Virus record (IMG/VR): IMGVR_UViG_3300042386_001217
Location: 1 to 61,836 of that record
Reading direction: 5' to 3' (one strand)
From: a virus
Lineage: Duplodnaviria > Caudoviricetes
DNA: 61,836 bases
The first letter of the stretch is position 1, and the number at the start of each line of letters is the position of its first letter. Below, piece after piece: positions 1 through 9,269 of the stretch. A model generated the notes under the pieces. The model had not been told where the DNA came from and did not search any database. It was given only the letters and a program-made list of their open reading frames with translations. Both the position numbers and the translations under genes were made by a program.

Positions 1-935
1 TTATCTTGTAATTCTTTATTTTTTATAATTACATAACCTAATGAACCCATTCTATTATGTTTTTTAAACATATCGTCATTATCTTTTGATGTTGTACACC
101 ATTTTGTTCCTGCGCCATACTTACAAGAAGCCTCAAAAGTTAACGGTATTACCAATAAAAATTCATCATTCTCAAATAGTTTAATATATTCATGAGGTTC
201 AACTTTAAATTTTTCAATTATTACCTCTCTATTTATTAGACTTTCTTTTTTTGGTTTATATGATGTATATACAGGTTTTTGACCTTTACCTGTTTGTGTG
301 TCTTTTTTTTCTGCTTTTCTTTTTTGAGAACAGGCTGCTTTTTTTTGTGAATCAGACATTTTACCTGCAACACCAGCCGCTCTACATTTTGGATATGCTC
401 CTTTAGAAGTATCAGGTCTTCCGCATGGTGGGTGTTTACCATCAACTTTTCTACAAATATTAACCCAAGGACCTTTTGGTTGTTTACTACCCTTAGGTTT
501 TTTCTTAGTTCCAAACCAAACTGCCAAATCTTCAGTTAATAAATTTATTAATGTTTCAACATCCTCAGAAACATTGTTTGATGTTCCACCTACAGACGAA
601 ATACTAACTCTACCAGCTCCTAATCCATCATCATCTTGATTCTGTTGTCTCTTTTTTAATTCATTAGATATTTTAATGGCGTTGTGTTCTTTTGTTTTAA
701 TATTTTTACTGTCCATAATACCATCATAACTATCATATTGTAATTCAGCACTTACGTATTTTGATAAAGGCTCAATATATGGGTCTAAAGACGTTTTATC
801 CCAAAGTTTTAAACCAAGACTAATTGGTGGTTTATACGCTCCCGAGCCACCTGTTATTGTAGCCTCATTTATGTTATTCCAAACAATTGAATCATTTGAT
901 TTTATATCTTTAAATATAACTTTATCTTTTGACAT
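1..935 (-). CDS. Hypothetical protein, runs off the left edge; Lys/Cys-rich GPWVNIC..PCGR..YPKC segment plus a PLTFEASCKYGAGTKWC domain
   Basis: Not in the ORF track. Manual minus-strand translation from ATG at 935 (MSKDKVIFKDIKSND...) stays open to the window edge. TATTTAT motif upstream (953-959). YGAGTKWC motif shared with two other ORFs here. Confidence 0.8.
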   Translation of the reverse strand, partial: MSKDKVIFKDIKSNDSIVWNNINEATITGGSGAYKPPISLGLKLWDKTSLDPYIEPLSKYVSAELQYDSYDGIMDSKNIKTKEHNAIKISNELKKRQQNQDDDGLGAGRVSISSVGGTSNNVSEDVETLINLLTEDLAVWFGTKKKPKGSKQPKGPWVNICRKVDGKHPPCGRPDTSKGAYPKCRAAGVAGKMSDSQKKAACSQKRKAEKKDTQTGKGQKPVYTSYKPKKESLINREVIIEKFKVEPHEYIKLFENDEFLLVIPLTFEASCKYGAGTKWCTTSKDNDDMFKKHNRMGSLGYVIIKNKELQD

Positions 936-968
936 TTTAATTTTATCTTTATATAAATATTTCGAATT

Positions 969-1205
969 ATGGTTAATTATAATATTTTTAATCTTTTTAC
1001 TCTAAAAAATGATGAAGAGTTTCAAACATTGATAGATTCTTTAAATAAAGAACAATCAATATATTTTTTAGTTAATTCTGTGAAACACGCGCATAGACAA
1101 GGATTATATACATTAGAAGAGTCCGAAATTATTTCAAAATGTATACGAAAAATTTATTCACCTGAAATAATACAAAATGATGTAAACGAAAAAAGGGACG
1201 AATAA
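969..1205 (+). CDS. Hypothetical protein
   Basis: 78-aa ORF filling the gap, ending in a hairpin terminator. Confidence 0.65.
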   Translation: MVNYNIFNLFTLKNDEEFQTLIDSLNKEQSIYFLVNSVKHAHRQGLYTLEESEIISKCIRKIYSPEIIQNDVNEKRDE

Positions 1206-1218
1206 TCGTCCCTTTTTT
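1189..1218. terminator. Bidirectional intrinsic terminator
   Basis: AAAAAAGGGACG-aataat-CGTCCCTTTTTT between convergent genes. Confidence 0.8.
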
Positions 1219-1237
1219 ATTGTTTAGATATGTTAGA

Positions 1238-3079
1238 TTATCTCAATTCTCTCAAATCGAATGTTCTAACACCATCAACAGTCACTTTACCGTAGAAACG
1301 GTTGTTAACCATCTTCTTAGCGTATCTTGTCATGATACCTTTGATTGGTGTGAAGTTGAATGGGTTATACATTGTTGGAGTTAACTGTAGAGGAACATAT
1401 GGTGCGTATACATAACCAGTGTCTAACAATGAGTTACCTTTGTGTCCAATCAACAATGTGTTTGCTGGGAAGTAAGGGTCTCTGTAAACCTGATATCTAC
1501 CTGCCAATGTACCAACTCTTTCAATACCCATGTTGTATTGGTCTTGCTCAGGAGCTGCGTTTGATACGTGGAAGTATTCCAAATCATCAAAAATTGCACT
1601 GATTTCAGAAGATACAACAATCCAGTTAGCTCCGCCTCTTAAAGTAGATTTGTGGATTTGTGCTGACAATTGGTTGATTGCTGTAATCAAAGTCTGATTC
1701 CAATCTTTTTGTGTGTATTGTGTTAATGGATTTGCAGTTGTACCTCTTTTCCAACCGTTGTAATCCCATCTCAAAGTCCATGCTGCACCTTTTCTCAAAT
1801 CTCTCAAGATTTCTCTATCAATTTCTGCTGCAACTTGCTCAGACAATAAAGCTGTTAATTCAGCTTCAGCGTCAATGTTGTGGAATGCTGCAACGTCTTG
1901 TGCTAATTCAGGAGACCATTGTGCTCTCAATTTTCTTTCAGTTACAGAAACTGTTACTGATTCCAAATCAAAAGAAACTTCACCGATTTCATCTTCAAAT
2001 TCTAAGTTTTGATAGATTCTGTAAGTAGCTGTAAACACGTTAGTAGTTGATGTATTTGCGTTTGTTGTAATACCCGAATATCCATCTAAAGAACCTGAAC
2101 CTATTGAACATGGAACCTGTGTGTCAATTTCTAAGTAAATAACACCATTAGCATCACATATGTTGTCATAAGCACCACCGTTTCCACCGTAGTTACTTGA
2201 TGTACCTGGGAAAGTAGTCGTTTGTTGTGAACCATATTCAACAATACCGTTACCATATTTTTGAGTAACAACTCTAAATAACAATGGACCACTACCTAAT
2301 GTTGTTCCTGAGAAACCATTTATAACAGTACCTGCCACCGCACCTGCAGTAGTGTTTTGTTGAATTGTTAATCCAGCTAAGAATTCTTCAGTATCCATTT
2401 CGTTACCGTTAGGTCCGATTAATTTACCAGCACCTGCGTAGTTGAAACCTGACATACCAATCAATACTTTTCTAAACTCAGTACTTGCTGCATATCCTGA
2501 TTGGATTAAATTACTACCGTTCCATACTACAGTTGTAGCTGTAATTGTTCTTGCACTAAACTTACCTTTAGAATAGTCAAATAACCCTGGAGGGTCTAAT
2601 GCTGCTTCGTTACCTTCATAGAATCTATCATATAAATTCTTATCATTTGCACCATAACCAGTGTCAGGTGAAGAAGGTCCGTTAGGTGCTCCATAAGGTG
2701 CGAAGTGTGTACCACCCACAGTTGGGTCTTGACCCATGTCATAACCCTGAATTTTAGGTACGAAGTAGAACAATTTACCGATAGGTAAGTTCATAGCTTG
2801 TACTGATACGATGTCGTTAGCCAACAACTTAGAGAAAACTCTTCTTACGATTGGGAATACAACCGTTTCGAAAGAACCGTCTGAAGATGTGCTAGCAGCT
2901 TCGTTTATTAAGTGTGATGCTTGGTTTTCATAAAGTTGAGCGATGTTTTCTTTAACATGACCTCTCAAACCTTCTAGGAACCCAAGTCTGTCCCATTTGT
3001 TGATTGTATCTTCTTTGATAACTTTAAGGTGCTTAAGACCGATGTTACCAACAAGACCTGATTCTAATAATGCTCCCAT
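1238..3079 (-). CDS. Major capsid protein (T4 gp23-like)
   Basis: gp23 motifs RKLRAQWSPELAQD, IDAEAELTALLSEQVAAEIDREI, YAPYVPL, PIKGIMTRYA; lies downstream of protease and scaffold. Confidence 0.96.
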   Translation of the reverse strand: MGALLESGLVGNIGLKHLKVIKEDTINKWDRLGFLEGLRGHVKENIAQLYENQASHLINEAASTSSDGSFETVVFPIVRRVFSKLLANDIVSVQAMNLPIGKLFYFVPKIQGYDMGQDPTVGGTHFAPYGAPNGPSSPDTGYGANDKNLYDRFYEGNEAALDPPGLFDYSKGKFSARTITATTVVWNGSNLIQSGYAASTEFRKVLIGMSGFNYAGAGKLIGPNGNEMDTEEFLAGLTIQQNTTAGAVAGTVINGFSGTTLGSGPLLFRVVTQKYGNGIVEYGSQQTTTFPGTSSNYGGNGGAYDNICDANGVIYLEIDTQVPCSIGSGSLDGYSGITTNANTSTTNVFTATYRIYQNLEFEDEIGEVSFDLESVTVSVTERKLRAQWSPELAQDVAAFHNIDAEAELTALLSEQVAAEIDREILRDLRKGAAWTLRWDYNGWKRGTTANPLTQYTQKDWNQTLITAINQLSAQIHKSTLRGGANWIVVSSEISAIFDDLEYFHVSNAAPEQDQYNMGIERVGTLAGRYQVYRDPYFPANTLLIGHKGNSLLDTGYVYAPYVPLQLTPTMYNPFNFTPIKGIMTRYAKKMVNNRFYGKVTVDGVRTFDLRELR

Positions 3080-3107
3080 TTTTTTATTTTTTTAAGTTTT
3101 GTTTAGT

Positions 3108-4505
3108 TTATTTTAATTTTGACATCAAATCTTTCATTCTTAAGAATTGTGGATTTTCATATGTCTTGTTTTCAACCAAGTTTGTTGAACCTTTAGTTGG
3201 TGTTCTATCAATAGATTCTACGATAGATTCTTTAACAACTTTATTCTCTTTACCACCTAATTCATTTTTTATTTGTGAATAAAGATTTTTTGATTCCTTG
3301 ATTGTTTCGACGTTATCAAAACGTCTCATGATGTTTATTTTTTCTTGTTTAGTTGTAGAATGTTCTGTAAACAATCTAGTTGCGTATGCCAAGTTTGAAT
3401 TGAAAACCGCTACCTCGTTAAGTTTTTCTCTGAAGATATTCAAAGCTTTTCTGTATTCTTCGTTTTTAAGTCTTAAAACTCTAACTTCTTCTTCTAAAGC
3501 TTTGTTAGTAACAACTTTCATTTTAGGAAGACCGTCTCTCTTAGGATAGTTTCTTGAACCATTACCATAAGTTCTTGAAGCTTCTTTCATTTCATCTTCA
3601 CGTGTCTCAAAACCTGCATCATCTCTTCTTGATTTCATTGATTTTAAATCTTTTTTAGACAATGCCCCGTGTTCCATTCCTTCTTTTTCATCTTCATGGT
3701 CATCATAACCTTGACCTTCTTTAAATTCACCTTTTACGTATTTTTTAGCTTCAGGTGCTGATTTACCGTGAGGTCCTTTGTGAATGTTTTCACCCTTGAA
3801 CGATACCTTACCAGGTCCTTTACCCATACCTACACCTACATAGGTTTTTTCTTTAGACTCCATCATACCTTCTTTTTCGTCATCGTCTTCATCATCGTCA
3901 TCTGAGATTTCAATTTCATAAACAACTTCTTCAGTCATTTCGTCTGTTAAATCTTCATCTGAACCTAATGATAATTCATCAGATAAATCTTCTTCACCCC
4001 CACCAATAGGAAGTGTCATTGTGTCTGTTTGAGATAAAACATCAACATCTAACTCATCACCCATTTTTTGAACGATAAGCCTGTCACTGTCACCCATACC
4101 CATAACAATCTTCATTAATTCTTCATCTGATGCACCGACCATGTTTAAAGGTTCGATTTCATCACCCATCATGTCATCATCATCATCCATCATAGTGATA
4201 TCATCTGTCATAGACATTTCACCACCAGCGTCGTCAGATGCTGTCATGTCGATAGTCATAGAATCTTCGTCTTCATCTTCTTTCATATCCATCATGTGGA
4301 TACCTTCTGTGTTGTAAGATTCATCTGCCATCATTTCTTCGTCAGTCCCTTCAAATAGAGACTCTTTTACTAATTCTTCGATTTCTTCCTTCATTGTAGA
4401 AGCAAGTATTCCCTTTGCGTTTTCAGAAACTACATTTTCCAAATTCTTCATTTGTAAAAGAGCTTCTTCAACCAATGATTTTTTTTCTGAATTCATTTTT
4501 AGCAA
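3108..4505 (-). CDS. Prohead core/scaffolding protein (gp22-like position)
   Basis: Acidic coiled-coil protein between prohead protease and MCP; start may be ATG 4496. Confidence 0.7.
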   Translation of the reverse strand: MLKMNSEKKSLVEEALLQMKNLENVVSENAKGILASTMKEEIEELVKESLFEGTDEEMMADESYNTEGIHMMDMKEDEDEDSMTIDMTASDDAGGEMSMTDDITMMDDDDDMMGDEIEPLNMVGASDEELMKIVMGMGDSDRLIVQKMGDELDVDVLSQTDTMTLPIGGGEEDLSDELSLGSDEDLTDEMTEEVVYEIEISDDDDEDDDEKEGMMESKEKTYVGVGMGKGPGKVSFKGENIHKGPHGKSAPEAKKYVKGEFKEGQGYDDHEDEKEGMEHGALSKKDLKSMKSRRDDAGFETREDEMKEASRTYGNGSRNYPKRDGLPKMKVVTNKALEEEVRVLRLKNEEYRKALNIFREKLNEVAVFNSNLAYATRLFTEHSTTKQEKINIMRRFDNVETIKESKNLYSQIKNELGGKENKVVKESIVESIDRTPTKGSTNLVENKTYENPQFLRMKDLMSKLK

Positions 4506-4578
4506 TAAAAATTTGTTTTATTTTTCATATAAATATATCCATTTGCTAAAAAAGTTAGTTTTGTGTGGGTGTTAAAAT

Positions 4579-4603
4579 AAAAAAACCCGATTTCTCGGGT
4601 TTT
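4579..4603. terminator. Intrinsic terminator
   Basis: AAAAAAACCCGA-tttc-TCGGGTTTTT. Confidence 0.7.
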
Positions 4604-4629
4604 AATTTGACTTTTAAGCTTAAAATTTT

Positions 4630-4839
4630 TTATTCAAAAACTTCATCAATTTTGCTTTCGGCGACCGAAGTAATTCTCCAATCGTGTTGAAAACCTTTAA
4701 ACTTGTCGGTAACTTTCGCTTCAACATCGGTTACATTATAACCTCTAACAAGTTTTTCTTCTCTAATTTTTTTAATTTTTCCTGAGTTCTCGTCAATCAA
4801 ATCGTACTGAACTTTTGCAACAAAATATTTTTCGTCCAT
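4630..4839 (-). CDS. Hypothetical protein
   Basis: 69-aa ORF co-oriented with the head module. Confidence 0.75.
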   Translation of the reverse strand: MDEKYFVAKVQYDLIDENSGKIKKIREEKLVRGYNVTDVEAKVTDKFKGFQHDWRITSVAESKIDEVFE

Positions 4840-4849
4840 AATTTTAATT

Positions 4850-5572
4850 TTATCTATGTCCCAAATAATCGTTCAATTTTGTCATTAAGTCAAGTGATTT
4901 TCCTAATCCGCCATCAATTCTTGGTTCTTGTTTGTCTTTTTTATCTACATCAATATTTTCGTCATATAATTTTCTATCATCTTTGTTAGAGTAAAGATAT
5001 GCTCCAGGTGTAGACGGATTCATAACCAAGTCAAAACATATAATTTCAAAATCTTCTTGAACTTCGTTGTGTTCACCTTTTTTCGCCAAAGAACCAACAC
5101 CTCTCGAAGATATGCCCATAGTAACACCTTGTCTCATCAAGTTTGCTGCAATGTCACCTTTAGTAGAAACAACACCTCTTTCATGAAAACCTGGTGAAGT
5201 CAATAATCTTAACTTACCCATTAAAACATTATCGTCCCACCATACATCATCAATAATATGTGATACTCTGTCCAAATCAATTAAAGAAGATTCAGGGTGA
5301 TTTAATTCTGAAGTTGATAAACCTTTTTGAATTAATGATTTATATTTTTCAGCCTCTCTTCTTAATATTTTTTCAGGGTAAACTCTTCCGTTTCTATTTG
5401 GTACCCCATACTTTTGTAAAGTTGCGTAAAACACAAAAGGTTTTGAATGGTCTATTTGGGTTTTATTAATTTGTGCAAAATTCTCGTTTAAAGAATCTTT
5501 CCAAGAAATACTACCCGCATCATATTCAATTAATATACCTTTACCAGTTTCGTTTGGTCCTAAAATTTTCAT
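4850..5572 (-). CDS. Prohead core protease (T4 gp21-like)
   Basis: NRNGRVYP, ELNHP, GISSRGVGS, FDLVMNPSTPGA motifs. Confidence 0.95.
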   Translation of the reverse strand: MKILGPNETGKGILIEYDAGSISWKDSLNENFAQINKTQIDHSKPFVFYATLQKYGVPNRNGRVYPEKILRREAEKYKSLIQKGLSTSELNHPESSLIDLDRVSHIIDDVWWDDNVLMGKLRLLTSPGFHERGVVSTKGDIAANLMRQGVTMGISSRGVGSLAKKGEHNEVQEDFEIICFDLVMNPSTPGAYLYSNKDDRKLYDENIDVDKKDKQEPRIDGGLGKSLDLMTKLNDYLGHR

Positions 5573-5604
5573 AATCCTTTTTTCATTATAAATATAAGGA
5601 CTAT

Positions 5605-6051
5605 TTAAACTTTCATTTTTTCTTTTGTTTTGGCATATTGAATTGTAAAATATTTTGAATCTGATAAAACCTCGTTGTAGATTTTGTTAATTATTTTTGT
5701 TAGTTCTTCAGATATTTCATTAGATTTAAAATCTGCATCTTGTTTTGTAAAAAAAGTTATTTCTAAATTTAAGAACGATGCTTTTTTTAATCTTATACCA
5801 CTTGTTCTTAAATCCATATCAACAATAAAGTGGTCTTTAAATAATTTTTTATTTGCTACTTCTAATATTTTATGTTTTATTGTTCTTGTGATAGAACCTA
5901 CGGTAATACTCCAATTTTCCTTTTCCACTTTTGGAGTTACCCATGTTTGTAATACTAAATAAATTGATTTTAATTCTGTCGTATCGACACTACCAAAATA
6001 ACATTTGGCATCTTTAAACAATTCTAATTTGAATGTTTTTCCTTTTTTCAT
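5605..6051 (-). CDS. Hypothetical protein
   Basis: 148-aa ORF in the head module. Confidence 0.75.
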   Translation of the reverse strand: MKKGKTFKLELFKDAKCYFGSVDTTELKSIYLVLQTWVTPKVEKENWSITVGSITRTIKHKILEVANKKLFKDHFIVDMDLRTSGIRLKKASFLNLEITFFTKQDADFKSNEISEELTKIINKIYNEVLSDSKYFTIQYAKTKEKMKV

Positions 6052-6160
6052 TTTTAAATGAGTTCATATAAGTAAGTTTATTTTTACAAAATATAAGAAA
6101 AAAAAAGATATTAACAAAATTGAAAAAAGTTTTTATATTTATTATCATATAACAAAAAAT

Positions 6161-6355
6161 ATGATTGTAATAAAAATAGAAAAAGGTGAGAGTTTGGACA
6201 AGGCTTTAAAAAGGTACAAATACAAAGTCATCTCAACTAAACAGATTGAAGAGTTGAGAAAAAGACAGGAGTATGTAAAAAAGACAACAATCAAAAGAGA
6301 AAAGATGAAGAAAGCCAAATACAAACAAGCGATGATAAATAAGTTTGTAGATTGA
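6161..6355 (+). CDS. rpsU: Ribosomal protein bS21
   Basis: GESLDKALKRYK..K...LRKRQEYVK pattern; 64 aa, basic; Tyr at position 54 as in Bacteroidia bS21. Confidence 0.93.
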   Translation: MIVIKIEKGESLDKALKRYKYKVISTKQIEELRKRQEYVKKTTIKREKMKKAKYKQAMINKFVD

Positions 6356-6383
6356 TATTTATTGTTAAATAAATAACAATATT

Positions 6384-6632
6384 ATGAAATCAATTAAAAA
6401 TTTTATTAAATCACTTTTGGGTGATGGTTCTGATGTATCATCTAAAAGATTTTCAGGTATTGTTACCTTACTAAACTTAATTGTTTTGGCTTATGTTGCA
6501 ACACAAAAGACTGGTGTTTGTCCTGAGTACATGTACGACACACTTTCATTATTGTGTGGTAGTTTTTTAGGACTTACAACTATTGAGGCAATTTTTGGTA
6601 AGAAAAAGAATCCTGAAACAAAATCAGAGTAA
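6384..6632 (+). CDS. Small two-TM membrane protein (possible holin)
   Basis: SSKR motif, two hydrophobic helices and a basic C-terminus. Confidence 0.6.
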   Translation: MKSIKNFIKSLLGDGSDVSSKRFSGIVTLLNLIVLAYVATQKTGVCPEYMYDTLSLLCGSFLGLTTIEAIFGKKKNPETKSE

Positions 6633-6635
6633 ATG

Positions 6636-6663
6636 AAAAACCCATCGATTTCGATGGGTTTTT
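6636..6663. terminator. Bidirectional intrinsic terminator
   Basis: AAAAACCCATCGA-tt-TCGATGGGTTTTT between convergent genes. Confidence 0.8.
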
Positions 6664-6666
6664 ATT

Positions 6667-7395
6667 TTAAAGTCCTTCTGAAAGTTTTTTAAGTTTATAA
6701 TAAGAAATTGTGTCAACAAACGTCTTTTCTACTCTTTCTTTTGTTTCTTTAATTTTAGTTTTTGTCTCCTCATCTGAAGGTTGAACTGAATCTAATTTTG
6801 TGATAACTTCAGTCTTTAATCTTTCGATACCTTCGTTAAGTTCTTCAGTACTCATTTTTAATAATGACCTTAACTCAAACAATTCAGACTCCGATAATGT
6901 TGAAAATTCTTTTGCGAATGTATCAGCAGCGATTCCAAACATATTTTCAAGTGGAATATTAATTGTTTCTGTTATTGTTTTTTCTTCAATTTTTGTTTCG
7001 GTTAATCTCTTGTGTAATTCTTTTTTTGATTCAACAAGTTTAACAAAATCTTCTGAAGTTTTAGCGAAAACCAAATCATCTAAAAGTTTGTAGTTATTTT
7101 CAACTTTTTCATTTAAAGTTTCAACCCAAGAATCAAATTCTTGGAATTGTTTTTTGTTTTCTTTAATTGTATTTTTTATATCCTCAACAGACAATGATAA
7201 GAATTCTCTTGCCACATCTTCTTTCAAATTGTTCATTTTCATAATTGAACCGTAGTTCAAATATACTTTACCAACTTCTTTGTTGTCGTCCATAAATTCT
7301 TTGAATTCTTTTACTACTGTTTTGAACTCAGGTTTTTTATATACATTAACAAAGTGGTTTTCTACTATACTTTTTAATATTCCAAAATTTCTCAT
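6667..7395 (-). CDS. Hypothetical helical protein of the head module
   Basis: 242-aa ORF directly downstream of the portal. Confidence 0.8.
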   Translation of the reverse strand: MRNFGILKSIVENHFVNVYKKPEFKTVVKEFKEFMDDNKEVGKVYLNYGSIMKMNNLKEDVAREFLSLSVEDIKNTIKENKKQFQEFDSWVETLNEKVENNYKLLDDLVFAKTSEDFVKLVESKKELHKRLTETKIEEKTITETINIPLENMFGIAADTFAKEFSTLSESELFELRSLLKMSTEELNEGIERLKTEVITKLDSVQPSDEETKTKIKETKERVEKTFVDTISYYKLKKLSEGL

Positions 7396-7408
7396 ATCAA
7401 TAAATATC

Positions 7409-9229
7409 TTATTTATTTAATAGTTCTTCCAGTTTATTTTCAATTTCCAATAATGACTTTCTTCCTTTAGATAAATCAATTTCTTCTGAACCGTTTACCA
7501 TATCACCTTCCAAAATCAAATTCATGTCTCTATCTAAAATTGATTCAGGAGCTAATTCACCTCCTGGTGGTGGGGGTGGAGGACCACCAGCTTCTTCACC
7601 ACCCATTGGTGGTGGTGGAGCTCCTAAGTCACCCATACCTCCTTCAGGTGGTGCACCACCTTCAGGTGCGGTTCCTGCGGGTTCGTCAGGTTTTTTACCA
7701 TATAACTTATCAACCGTGTCAAATAATCCTGTATGGATAATAACCTCTGCGGTTTTTGTAAGTTCAGCACCAACAGCTCTTTCGATTCTTTGTTGTTGGA
7801 TATCAAGTTTGATTTCTTCGTCAGAAAATCCAAGAATGTGTTTTTTAGCCCAAGTTGCAGAAACAGGTTGTATTCCTAAACCAGGGTCAGAAACCGCATC
7901 TTTATACAATAACATTTTTTCTTTCCAAGTATCAATTTTAAGTAAATCCGCTTGTGTTGAAGGATTTGTAAGACCTAATGTAAAGTTCGTTAATTCATCT
8001 TCAAAACCCAAGACAAACAAGTGAATAATTGCAATTTTGTTTAATTCTTGAATCATTGATTTTTGGATTCTGTTGATTGTACGTGCGAATCTAATATCCT
8101 GTAACGCCAAATTTTTACCGTCCCCAACCGCTTCTTCAAAACCTAAGAACGCTTTTGGTACACGAAGTGCCGTAACTAATTTTTTCTGAATATATTCAAT
8201 ATCCGCAATTTCAGAAAGGTTTTGAGCTCCTGCCAATGTCTCAATTGGACTTGTTTGTGCTGGGTCACGAACAGGGATAAAGAAATCTTGGTCAACCGCC
8301 ATTTGGTTCATACGCAAATCAACGTTACCTGTTTTTGGGTCAACAACTTGGTCACGTTTAAACTTATTGGCAATTCTTTGGATATATGGTTCAACATCCT
8401 TGTCATCCATATTTCCAACAAATATTTTAAATACCCTTCTTTCAGGTGCTCTTGATGTTCTATAAATCAACATCGCATCTTCAGAAAGTAAAAGTTGTTT
8501 CCAAACCCTTCTTGCTTTTTCCAACATAGAAGTACCATAAGGAAGTTTTCGGTCATCACCTAATAATCTGAAGTGAGCAACTTCCCAAGTATTAAATTCC
8601 ATGTCTTTTACTTTCCAAACAAATTTCAAAGCTCTTGCGTCTTCAGAAGTGTTATGTGCTGGCTTAACTTTCATACCCCTTTCTAATCTTTCGATTTCGA
8701 TATTTGGTAATTGTTGACAACCAACAATACCTTTTTCAGGGTCTAATTTTAAATAAACAAAGTTATCACCATACTTACATGTGTTTCTTGTCCACATTGG
8801 TAAGTTTGTATTAATATCTAATCTATTATTAAATAAATCGGCTAACACACCTTTAATACGAGATGATTCAGAATAAATTTGTAAAATAAAACCATCTTCA
8901 TTTGTTGTTGTAGATTCCTCGGCATATATGTCCAAAGCAGTAGAAATCTCAGGTGTATATTCCATCGATTCGTAATCATAATATGATGCCAATCTTGTTG
9001 GTTCATAATAGATTGCTTGTGTATAAAGATTGTTTTCAATCTTTGCCCATTGTTGTCCTAAATAATAACTTTGTTGTGCTTGAAGTTTTTGTTTTTCAAA
9101 CTCTTCCTTATTATCAGTTTTAAGAAGTTCTTTTTTGTCGAATTTGTATATTGGTGGCTGTTGGCTCAGTGTTGAGTCAGGACCAAAGACTCTTGTAAGT
9201 CGTTGCCATACGGTTAAATTATCTGCCAT
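7409..9229 (-). CDS. Portal protein (T4 gp20-like)
   Basis: EDAMLIYRTSRAPERRVFKIFVGN, IETLAGAQNL, DIEYIQKKL..ALRVP motifs; Pro/Gly-rich tail. Confidence 0.95.
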   Translation of the reverse strand: MADNLTVWQRLTRVFGPDSTLSQQPPIYKFDKKELLKTDNKEEFEKQKLQAQQSYYLGQQWAKIENNLYTQAIYYEPTRLASYYDYESMEYTPEISTALDIYAEESTTTNEDGFILQIYSESSRIKGVLADLFNNRLDINTNLPMWTRNTCKYGDNFVYLKLDPEKGIVGCQQLPNIEIERLERGMKVKPAHNTSEDARALKFVWKVKDMEFNTWEVAHFRLLGDDRKLPYGTSMLEKARRVWKQLLLSEDAMLIYRTSRAPERRVFKIFVGNMDDKDVEPYIQRIANKFKRDQVVDPKTGNVDLRMNQMAVDQDFFIPVRDPAQTSPIETLAGAQNLSEIADIEYIQKKLVTALRVPKAFLGFEEAVGDGKNLALQDIRFARTINRIQKSMIQELNKIAIIHLFVLGFEDELTNFTLGLTNPSTQADLLKIDTWKEKMLLYKDAVSDPGLGIQPVSATWAKKHILGFSDEEIKLDIQQQRIERAVGAELTKTAEVIIHTGLFDTVDKLYGKKPDEPAGTAPEGGAPPEGGMGDLGAPPPPMGGEEAGGPPPPPPGGELAPESILDRDMNLILEGDMVNGSEEIDLSKGRKSLLEIENKLEELLNK

Positions 9230-9269
9230 TATCTATTAATTATAATTCATTTGGTTTATGAATAAAGAT

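Noticed and set aside
236-514. Track ORF, 92 aa, minus strand
   Set aside because: Out-of-frame shadow inside the longer minus-strand ORF <1-935
7524-8024. Long antisense and alternate-frame ORFs (e.g. 7524-8024, 29091-29651, 42380-42946, 1711-2028)
   Set aside because: Lie opposite or within well-supported genes and show no independent motifs
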